Source: Candidatus Coproplasma sp. (GTDB lineage: Bacteria > Bacillota > Clostridia > Christensenellales > Borkfalkiaceae). From it: a DNA stretch of 64,000 bases. This document shows positions 37,901-44,155 of the stretch, piece by piece. Position numbers and translations under genes: made by a program. Position 1 is the stretch's first letter. Each line of letters starts with the position of its first letter. The stretch lies in assembly GCA_051884115.1 (NCBI GenBank), contig JBJEVA010000098.1:26975-90974 (forward strand), read 5' to 3'. Below the pieces are notes generated by a model, which was given only the letters and a program-made list of their open reading frames with translations, made no database searches and was not told the DNA's origin.

Positions 37901-40798
37901 GCCGAGCGATACGTTACCGATTGTCATTCCTGCATTTACATTGAGAAGATTGAGAACTTCATCGACGTTAACGGTTATATTTGCAGATACGCTGTCCGCG
38001 TTGAGTTCGGGAATAAGCGCATTTAAATCTGCTGATAAAAGGTTTGCGATTATTGTGTTTAAATCTATTGCATTTGCAGTCGCAGTTCCCTCAGACGTCG
38101 CCACAGTCGCACTGTTGCCGAAGTACGTAAGTAACGTGTTTACACCGTCGATTACTTCGTTTACGTTGCAATAGAGCTTAACGTTCCTCTCCACTCCGCA
38201 GAGTGAATCGAGAGAGAGTATTACTGTTCCGTATGTATTCGCATCGTACAAGTAATAAGCGGTAATTGTTGCCGTTATATTTTCGTACTCTACGTTTGCC
38301 GTAACCTGTGCCGTTAAGCCGTTTTTAACGTTGAGGTAGGCGACGGCATTTGCTTTAAGAGAGGCAAGGTAGGGTATGCTTACCGCCGTGAAGTTTGCAC
38401 CGTCAAAGGTTATTCCTACGGCGATATAATTTGCATTTATAAATTTATTTAAATCTTCGAGTATTAAATCGAGGTCGAGGTATTCGTCTTTATCAGGCTC
38501 TGTAAGCTGACCTTCGTCGTCGGCTCCGCTTACGTTTAGCGCAAAGCCGATTGCAGGCAGGGTGACGGAGAGATTACCGCCGTTTGCACCGCCCCTTTTA
38601 TAGCTGAGTGCGCAAGAACCGAATTTTACGCCTGCGTCTATATTGAACATATCCAAAAGCGTATCGATGCTTACGGCAATCTTTATCTCTGCTCCGTCCG
38701 CGTACATTTCGGTCAAAAGCGAAGAGAAGTCGGCAGAGAGAACGCCTGAAATAATATCGGCAAGCCCTGCGGTGTTTAAACCCGTTTTAGCACTGCCCAT
38801 ATTGAGGAGCGACTGCACTCCTTCGGCAAGCTGTGCTATATCGCACTTAACCTTTAAATCTAACGCAGTGCCGTTAAAGCTGTTAAGGCTGAGGTATGCA
38901 TTGCCGTATTTGCCCGACTGAGCGTTAATCTCGTAGAACACGCTTAAAGATGCGGTTAAATCGTTTCCCTTATAGTTATAATAAACGGTGGCGTCTGCTC
39001 CGAGAGATATGCCGTCTAAATTTGCATATGCCGTAACTTCTGCCTTAACGTCTTTTAGCGCAGAAATGCAAACGCCGTCCGCCGTACCGTCTATAACGGC
39101 GCGAACCTTTATGACGTCGGAGGAAAGTAGCGAATGTACGTCTGCAATATAGTCGGCAAGGTTTGCCTCGTTTTGCATAGGCTGACGGGAGATTTCTTCC
39201 GCTGTGGTCGTCTTTAAGGCAAGGCTTAATGCCGAGCCGTTATCCTTCGATGAAAGCCCCTCCACCTTTACACCGCGGATAGCTATGGTATTTCCGCTTA
39301 TGCCGAATATCATATCGACCTTGAAGTCGATACCGAGACCCAATTTATCCTTTCCGCTTGCGTCGAGGGAATTATCTAATGTTATGACCGCCTGTTTCTC
39401 ACCGGAGGTGAGTACCATTGAGTTCATTATGGTTTCGAGCAATCCGTCGAGAGAAGAGTTGCCCTCTGCGGTGTTTTCCGAAGAAGCCCCTCCCTCTTCG
39501 GGGTTATTTGCATTTGCCGAAGAGATTGCGTTATTTATTTTATCAATCAAATCGCCGAACTCACCTACAGCAAGCTTAACCTCTGCCATGTTTGCGCCGA
39601 GAGCAAAGCTTTCTCCGTAATAACAAGAGAGTCCGTTTTGACCGTATTCAACGTAGAAGTCCTGATTTTCGAGGGTCTGCCCTAAGCTTAATTTTAAACG
39701 TATGCTGTTTGCAATATCGGCTAAATCGAGGGAGAGATAGATATAACCTACGTAGGTGTTTTTGCCGAGTTTTGCAGAAATTTCAAACTGCTGTCCGCCG
39801 TCCATTATCTGCGAGAAGCCGTTAGAGAGGATATTGGTTACGTCCATTACGAGTTCTTCGTCGGACGAACCGCCCTGATTGAGATTGTCGTCGCCTATAT
39901 ATTTAGAATAATAATCTTCATAGTAAGCGAAATGCTCTTCGTCAAAATGGTCTTCGCCGTAGTAATATACAACGTTAAATTTGGATACCGATTTTAAAAC
40001 GATACCCTTGTTTATATCCGAAACTTCGTCAACGGAACAGGAATTTATCTGCCAATTTTTATCGAAGTTTACGGTAATTTCTATGTTTTTGAAGTTGGGG
40101 AAGTCCGAAAGTCCGCCCCTCGTCTTCATACCGAACTGATAGTAGAAGGTCGAAGTGTTAGGGTTGAGAACAAAGGACAGAGTATATGTTCCGTCGCTTT
40201 CGCAAACAATCTCTTCGGAAGAAACTATCGTCTCCTCGTTTACAAGGTAATTGAAAAGCTCGGTAGGGAGAAGTCCGTAGGTGTAAAGATAGGAATGTTC
40301 TGTAAAGAGAGTGGGCGCGTCGGTACTCCATTTCGCCGTAGTGGGAACGGTGTCCGCACTCGGCGTCGCACTCGTACGGAAGTAAACAGAACCCTCCTTT
40401 GTTCCGTCCTCCTTTTGGTCAAAAACGGTACAAGTCTGCGTACCGCCCTTTACCATAGACGAGAAGGTTAAGTCGGTTGTGATTAAAACTCCGTCCTTAT
40501 AGTCACGCCAAGTATTCGTACTCTGGTTTGCTATTGCCGCCGACGTTATACCCCTCGATTCCGTATGGTACTGCGTCTGGCTGTCGAATTTAGCTACTAT
40601 ATAAGCGAGGTTTTCCGCACAGGTATAAGCCGTAGGAAGACTGCCGTCCGTGGGAGGAGTCTGCCTTGCGGTGTATGCGTTTTCCGGAGCAGTCATATCG
40701 ACCGATTTGGGCATACAGCCCGCAACGCCCGTTGCCGTGCTTCCGATAAACAATGCGGATATTATCGCTGTTATTGTTTTCTTAAAAACTGATTTCAT
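31931..40798 (-). CDS. Giant (2,955 aa) predicted lipoprotein with ~223-aa tandem modules and an LRR-containing C-terminal module
   Basis: Single uninterrupted ORF. The start was moved to the ATG at 40798 (MKSVFKKTITAIISALFIGSTATGVAGC), which gives a signal peptide with a VAGC lipobox. No catalytic or known anchoring domain was recognised. Confidence 0.75.
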   Translation of the reverse strand: MKSVFKKTITAIISALFIGSTATGVAGCMPKSVDMTAPENAYTARQTPPTDGSLPTAYTCAENLAYIVAKFDSQTQYHTESRGITSAAIANQSTNTWRDYKDGVLITTDLTFSSMVKGGTQTCTVFDQKEDGTKEGSVYFRTSATPSADTVPTTAKWSTDAPTLFTEHSYLYTYGLLPTELFNYLVNEETIVSSEEIVCESDGTYTLSFVLNPNTSTFYYQFGMKTRGGLSDFPNFKNIEITVNFDKNWQINSCSVDEVSDINKGIVLKSVSKFNVVYYYGEDHFDEEHFAYYEDYYSKYIGDDNLNQGGSSDEELVMDVTNILSNGFSQIMDGGQQFEISAKLGKNTYVGYIYLSLDLADIANSIRLKLSLGQTLENQDFYVEYGQNGLSCYYGESFALGANMAEVKLAVGEFGDLIDKINNAISSANANNPEEGGASSENTAEGNSSLDGLLETIMNSMVLTSGEKQAVITLDNSLDASGKDKLGLGIDFKVDMIFGISGNTIAIRGVKVEGLSSKDNGSALSLALKTTTAEEISRQPMQNEANLADYIADVHSLLSSDVIKVRAVIDGTADGVCISALKDVKAEVTAYANLDGISLGADATVYYNYKGNDLTASLSVFYEINAQSGKYGNAYLSLNSFNGTALDLKVKCDIAQLAEGVQSLLNMGSAKTGLNTAGLADIISGVLSADFSSLLTEMYADGAEIKIAVSIDTLLDMFNIDAGVKFGSCALSYKRGGANGGNLSVTLPAIGFALNVSGADDEGQLTEPDKDEYLDLDLILEDLNKFINANYIAVGITFDGANFTAVSIPYLASLKANAVAYLNVKNGLTAQVTANVEYENITATITAYYLYDANTYGTVILSLDSLCGVERNVKLYCNVNEVIDGVNTLLTYFGNSATVATSEGTATANAIDLNTIIANLLSADLNALIPELNADSVSANITVNVDEVLNLLNVNAGMTIGNVSLGYNHNGENVLSVSVPSFGVGVMLNPYNEQLEELTCENALNLADVLADVNSIIEAKKLAVALTFDGASLGMDGLCATATVYADLNSGITAQVTATVSYENITATITAYYVYDANTYGRVILSLDSLCGAERNVKLYCNVNEVIDGVNTLLGYFGSAESTEATESANGNAIDLNAILANLLTADINTILTDISAGENLLNLEVNVDEALKLLNVNAGMTIGNVSLTYEHNGENLLSATVPSFGIGVTLNPYNEQLEELTLDNALNLADVLADVNKVLEANKLVLGITFDGDALNVEALKGIKVEANAYFDFADAMASITDSTKALAVQLDATLSFIYNSERISAHIIIRYQGSSMDSGKVVLLLDRINNTEVCVKVGCNIDEVVTGVKTLIEYVTPKTETLASDASAEQNNESVSAVSNILSNLLTADINALIPQLSTTSNTLNLGVDVDNLLNVLGLNTGMALGELTLTYKHLAQNEEGDLLSANLPSLGLALTLNPTDISTQTPADIMTGCFELSDLLNTVNSAMSQINAIKDGQKITFVIDEAQNGGSHGSYLSLDGILIYVWGEGEISWKSGEEYVALDLGMSISETGTDVTTLKLYYNKNAVDTPMVRLALNGIGLDIYKSDIDGVKNGFIEIYNKVASALGMAPISAEPAQPDSTTPTDNATVTDVANSTTLISTDELLTLVFGVLAKDDWVEFLNNFSATCDGTSLLLSYLSDNCANVKIGTDGNLSLEYDGAFGERFSLGGDVKVYAVGGSLISALQAEFDGENIKMSSSKDGDTAFIKLAYDYLFEALDCISVENILGSDTYSVVFELSGDNCNITELAGVYVNAELYITGEKDEFNGKLAEGLLNINAGGVIINLHVITEYQSGQQRFFINLNQVADIKLPDFKVYATQDSLFDTFKVLVSAINNTNVMDMLGGLMGTDSSNSQTSTEGEVVINPETAENTTDAQTTSLASLLEKLINFNFSEAVISTEVDGVVTTDIDLNNLLGQLGITYSGDLGNIKAVINHNDHSMTTNAQAKVIDKDGVESLKTWLSLSSAKTPRRDYSSFDRGEYVSIEFLPDLISDLVKFATDDNGNVYEKFTLSGSITANIVSMFTINIDVSTLTVSMADNDFYFSGLLHVKKMSALGLVTIPESTVGISFHGGYLTLAKGLNTTTPEYRIMTMDYFMDHMLVKADNDCVLKWWLNISGWDTVMSIIKSTAGDLNVSSGLTTPQDVYLYNVTSDKEEQEISMYDFVEALRVVINGTETASFGDISPLENEFGISDNYYGFALNAGKVTGDVLTKLYCALLRDDNGISGVKASGAIQSYVKFSATLNYEEGATTEYVMGNTLTSGVVAPSMYDKANEIISAQGITVDYSHFVKNEASGYDEKFGCFNLYYNSDNSNYDASYNYSNMLYQHTLTIVNLDGTKQTRLVRHGSTVYLYDNNSPAYTDDTKEFRLLYSTVADTVGETSFVMNSDMTVYAVRRTAVSVIVHSGEQLYTLSSFVGDKVPTEVKGLETIGAVTYADGTAVGENEIIEEAGTIDIYGTFVNSEVTINCVKYSFSSDTMSYTVVGRSAGFNAKYCDGSNPATLVLENEIGGYPVTAIAKEALANTDGHAIKRVVVPQNIVTVGERAFLDNIGMELAVFLADSVTFHGEAKSGRSMPFYGCSVLGTEDDVNGKNGNEVTYLNVYYHNIVTTSGDDWRHFRYVSKFINFNFYIGENGGSTHSSGWDYVTASATVELNGVVGSTLSEDAVNTILSKYYPLVSDSTFALSTAIEANLSVDFAQFDMTKNGITYKCVFTPELSTVGGYTHVTYSVSYSLAKIINVYSEYEFTYYGTKIPANTATKVTIPVTGEELVLDTPTEYTHNFASWNIVEENGEEVYKVVWAEKATYSLQIKLKRGGTDTNIVHILENGANEKTYRINGNVIGGTANVTSILLYEGEATFTLNNNKLTIVTGNITYTVFVNDAEVTGSDKGIQRVISSSITGVQTVSGNMTLTFSY
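35700..39170 (-). repeat. Array of at least 5 tandem ~223-250-aa protein modules inside the giant gene (approximate limits)
   Basis: Module starts recur with the pattern (A)LNLADVLADVN / ANLADYIADVH / LDLILEDLNKF / FELSDLLNTVN near 39165, 38480, 37795, 37125 and 36375. Confidence 0.7.
37092..38432 (-). repeat. Two adjacent, highly similar DNA copies (period 669-672 bp) within the module array
   Basis: ACGTCTGCAAGTACGTCTGCAAGGTTTAATGCGTT occurs at 37092 and 37761. A run of over 100 nt, near-identical, begins TACTTCGTTTACGTTGCAATAGAGCTTAACGTTCCTCTCC at 37481 and 38153. Confidence 0.8.
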
Positions 40799-41144
40799 AT
40801 TTTTTTCTCTTATTTGCTCACTGATAGAAATCCTTAACGCGTCATAGACCACGTTAGAGACATTTTTGACTGTTTAACGCTTAAAACCTACGATTTTAAA
40901 TAATCAGACGGTAAAATAAACTAATTCATACCCCTATTTTAAGCGGTTCAGTAAAAAAGTACAAATTTAACATTATCTATTATAACGCCAAATTTCTAAG
41001 AAGTCAACGAAATTAAAAATATTGTCATAAAATATTATTACTATTTATGTATTTATTTTACAAAAAACGATAGAAAACAACAAAAAAGACTCTTAACTAT
41101 ATTATATAATAAATTCAAAAACAAACGGAGAGTCAATTTGTCAT

Positions 41145-41876
41145 ATGACAGACTATATTTACCTTTGCGGTGCAAGCGGAGGTGCGGGGGTGACAACCTG
41201 TGCATTCCGCATAGGACTTGCCCTTGCAAGAAAGGGCGAGCGCACACTTGTTGTTGACGGCGACAGCGACTGCGCCTCCGGACTTTCGATAGCGCAAATA
41301 CCCGATTTTAACTTCTATACCCTTGCCGACGCAAGGTCGGGTGCGTGCCGAGTTAAGCAGGCGGTAATCCCCCACCCCCTTTCACCCAACCTCTACTTCC
41401 TCCCAACTCTTGAATGTTACGACGCGAAATTTATCGAAGAGTGCATTAAGCACTGCGGACAGCTCTTCGACAGGGTTATTTGCGACAATACCGCGATAGG
41501 CGTTTGCGGGCGCGCCGTGGTGGTCTGCGACCCTTACCGCACGTCCTTAGAGAGGACAAAAAAAACCGCATCCCTTTTAAAGGACGGCGGTTTGAAAAAC
41601 ACGGGTTTAATTGTAAACAAAGTTAACGGCGGTCTGGTGTTCGACGGAGCCATTTTGACTCCGCAGGAATTTTCATCCGTGACGAGGTGTTCTCTATGGG
41701 GAGTTATCCCCGAGGATTTAACCCTACCCTTGGGCAGAGCTAAAAAGCAGACCGTTAAAGCTTTTTCCATGACGGCTGACTTTATTATCGGAAACAGTCA
41801 AAAGACCTTTGGAGTATTAAAGCCCTACCTCGGATTGAAGGGAATGATTAAACGCAAAATGAGGGATTGGATATGA
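41145..41876 (+). CDS. MinD/ParA-fold protein with both P-loop lysines replaced and a C-terminal amphipathic helix
   Basis: It aligns with MinD along its length (VVDGD, NLYFLPT, IVNKV, WGVIPED), but ASGGAGVTT replaces GKGGVGKTT. The C-terminus is GLKGMIKRKMRDWI. Confidence 0.7.
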   Translation: MTDYIYLCGASGGAGVTTCAFRIGLALARKGERTLVVDGDSDCASGLSIAQIPDFNFYTLADARSGACRVKQAVIPHPLSPNLYFLPTLECYDAKFIEECIKHCGQLFDRVICDNTAIGVCGRAVVVCDPYRTSLERTKKTASLLKDGGLKNTGLIVNKVNGGLVFDGAILTPQEFSSVTRCSLWGVIPEDLTLPLGRAKKQTVKAFSMTADFIIGNSQKTFGVLKPYLGLKGMIKRKMRDWI

Positions 41877-42058
41877 TTTTACAGCAAATGACCGACAGCG
41901 AAAAGGAGCTGTTTATTGAAGATTTGAAAAGCGTATGCTCTGAATACTTCGAGGGCGACGGCAAGTACTCTGTTGACGTAGTATCCTTAGAAAAAGGGCT
42001 TTCCGTATGCGTAGTGTTCGACGCCGTAAGGGTTAGGAATTTCCGCAAACCAACTTAG
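41873..42058 (+). CDS. Short MinE-like ORF (61 aa), C-terminal topological-specificity-like region only
   Basis: ATGA overlap with the upstream stop, with GAGG 8 nt upstream. ELFIEDLKSVCSEYFEGDGKYSVDVV...VVFDAVRVRNFRK resembles the MinE C-terminal half. The similarity is weak. Confidence 0.4.
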   Translation: MILQQMTDSEKELFIEDLKSVCSEYFEGDGKYSVDVVSLEKGLSVCVVFDAVRVRNFRKPT

Positions 42059-42094
42059 TTCAATTAACCGTAAATGGTCTAGTCTTAACACAAA

Positions 42095-43405
42095 TTAACC
42101 GTAAATGGTCTGCACCGCTAAGGCAAGCTGTTCGTCGTTATAGGTTACGTTCCATTCGGCGGAAAGGAGATTACAGCCCATAGCCTTTGAAAGTCCCGTT
42201 CCGTGAATACAAGTATCGCCGTCCGGCCAATATATTGTTGCTGTTGTGAGTTTTAACACGTCGCCATAGACGGGGCGGACATAGGCGGACTGCATAATCC
42301 CCTTACCGTAAGTACGTCCGTTTTTAGCCTGCGTACCCGACTTTTTTAAATAGGCTTGCGAAAAATCGGAGATATAGACGTCGGAATAGTCTATTATCCC
42401 GTTGCATAAAAGTACCCCGAGCAACGCCTCCGAAGCGCTCGCCGTGCCGTTATCCGCCAAAACGCTGAGTTTTGCGAAAAGAGGGAACTGCCTCTCTTCG
42501 CTTACGTTTCTCCCGATAGAAGTTGCTTGCGTACTGCCGTTTTTATATTTTGCATACATAGCAAAAGGCAGTGGATTTGACAATTGCCCCGTATATATGG
42601 CCGAGATATCGCACATAACGTCAACGTATCCTCCGCCGTTTCCCCTTAAGTCGAGAATGAGAGAAGTACAGGAATTTGCGTTAAACTGCTCCATTAAAAG
42701 CCCCATTTCAGAAGAGGCGTTTCCGTAAAACTGACTGAGTTTTAAATATGCAACGCCTTCGGGAAGATAGGATATTCCGCCCTCCGAGCTTACTACCGAA
42801 GGAGTTGAGCCGTTATAGGTTATCGAGTAATCGGTATCGCAGGTAGCCATTGCGCAATAGCTTGCCTTATAACTATCTTTGGCAATCTCTTTATCGCCTT
42901 TATCGGTATGAAAAGTAATGTTCTCCCCCTCTTGTACCGACCCTATCAAAGAAGAGAATTCGGAATATGAATTGAGTTCGTAATAAACTCCGTTAACCGT
43001 AAGTCCGCTTACAAATTCACCTGCTTTCAGCCCTGCTAAGTCTGCGGGAGAATTATAAACTATCTTCTCCAAAAGCACTCCGCTCTTACCCTCAGGGTGA
43101 TTGTCCTCCTCGGATACGTATGAGCCGGAAAAACCGAAGCCGATTTTATTCCCGGCATCCGAAGCAACTATTTTTGCATACTCTTCCTTGGTGTAAAAAG
43201 CCGAATACTTATCAAGGTATTCATTTACGAAATCCTTTACCGAACCGTTGAATTTATAGCCTTCCGGCAAGTCCTCGTAATAGTGCTTTTTAATAATATT
43301 CAACACCCAATTATAAGAGGACTTTTCCTTGTTACATCCGCTTACAAGCAAAACAGGCGTGATTAAAAATACAGAGAGAACGATTAAAAATTTTTTTATT
43401 TTCAA
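42095..43405 (-). CDS. S41 family C-terminal processing peptidase, predicted lipoprotein, with a PDZ-like segment
   Basis: LLVSGC lipobox, LILDLRGNGGGYVD, GTASASEAL; TTG start behind GGAG. Confidence 0.8.
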   Translation of the reverse strand: MKIKKFLIVLSVFLITPVLLVSGCNKEKSSYNWVLNIIKKHYYEDLPEGYKFNGSVKDFVNEYLDKYSAFYTKEEYAKIVASDAGNKIGFGFSGSYVSEEDNHPEGKSGVLLEKIVYNSPADLAGLKAGEFVSGLTVNGVYYELNSYSEFSSLIGSVQEGENITFHTDKGDKEIAKDSYKASYCAMATCDTDYSITYNGSTPSVVSSEGGISYLPEGVAYLKLSQFYGNASSEMGLLMEQFNANSCTSLILDLRGNGGGYVDVMCDISAIYTGQLSNPLPFAMYAKYKNGSTQATSIGRNVSEERQFPLFAKLSVLADNGTASASEALLGVLLCNGIIDYSDVYISDFSQAYLKKSGTQAKNGRTYGKGIMQSAYVRPVYGDVLKLTTATIYWPDGDTCIHGTGLSKAMGCNLLSAEWNVTYNDEQLALAVQTIYG

Positions 43406-43449
43406 AATTGAAACTCCGTTAAAGTATGTTTAAGCTTTAAAAGCCAAAG

Positions 43450-43812
43450 TTAAATTTTTTCCGAATTACTGCGCATATATGCCCGATATAACGCAATAAA
43501 CGTGACCGCATCGGAAAACTTTTTTACGTCTAATCCGCAACTCTTTTTGATTTTATTGATGCGGTAAATTAGAGTGTTGCGGTGCATATAAAGCTTTGCA
43601 GAGGCAAGGCTTACGTTCAAATTGCTCTCAAATAGCGTAAAACAGCTTTTAACCGTATCGGCATCGGAAAAAATTTTTATTAGCTCCTTTTTAACGTCGG
43701 CGTCTCCCTCCCCGAACCCCTTTAAAATAATTTCGGGATTGGTGGCGCAAACGTATTCTAAAACGTTAGATAAAAGCTTACCGCCGACCTCGACGCCTTT
43801 ACTCTTTGCCAT
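43450..43812 (-). CDS. Small PucR-type C-terminal HTH protein
   Basis: SLASAKLYMHRNTLIYRINKIKKSCGLDV. The start is uncertain: ATG 43812, or 43848 in the track. Confidence 0.6.
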   Translation of the reverse strand: MAKSKGVEVGGKLLSNVLEYVCATNPEIILKGFGEGDADVKKELIKIFSDADTVKSCFTLFESNLNVSLASAKLYMHRNTLIYRINKIKKSCGLDVKKFSDAVTFIALYRAYMRSNSEKI

Positions 43813-44037
43813 AGTTGTGCTACCGCCTGTAAATAAATATACGCACATTATACATTAAACAGGAGATTTTTTCAACCTTTTTTACTCAAATTAAATATAT
43901 ACGGGTAAAATGCTTATGCGTTAAGCATACAATTTGAAATGTAATTTTTTACAAATCATACCCGTTTAATAGAGTTATCTAAGCCAAAATAAGAGAGGAA
44001 TTTGTTGCCAAAATATTTATATTGTAATAAATTACCC

Positions 44038-44066
44038 TTGACATATGTTTTGGCGGGTATTATAAT
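44038..44066 (+). promoter_or_regulatory. Consensus sigma-A promoter: TTGACA-N17-TATAAT
   Basis: TTGACA at 44038-44043 and TATAAT at 44061-44066, followed by a ~85-nt leader and a GGAGG SD before the ATG at 44156. Confidence 0.65.
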
Positions 44067-44155
44067 AATAGTACTTATATATAAATGTAAGTAGGCAGTT
44101 TAATACTGACAATGTACGCCTGTCACGGCGTCAAAATAGAACCGCATGGAGGTTT

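Noticed and set aside
31931-40798. Assigning the giant protein to the AsmA/TamB-like bridge lipid-transfer proteins on the basis of its long amphipathic beta-rich stretches.
   Set aside because: This is a pattern impression only, with no motif-level support. The organism looks monoderm and spore-forming. I kept it only as a structural hypothesis to test.
32210-40847. About fifteen plus-strand ORFs of 60-138 aa inside the giant gene (e.g. 32981-33397, 39204-39620, 35740-36006).
   Set aside because: All are antisense shadows of one uninterrupted 8.9-kb minus-strand ORF. They have low-complexity or Arg/Ser-rich translations, no RBS and no family resemblance.
40799-40852. An 18-codon GTG-initiated extension of the giant ORF.
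   Set aside because: It has no SD. The ATG at 40798 gives a canonical lipoprotein signal peptide (positively charged n-region, hydrophobic core, VAGC).
41053-41375. Minus-strand ORFs of 64 and 80 aa overlapping the MinD-like gene start and its upstream region.
   Set aside because: They are antisense to a family-supported CDS and to an AT-rich promoter region. They have no RBS and their composition is implausible.
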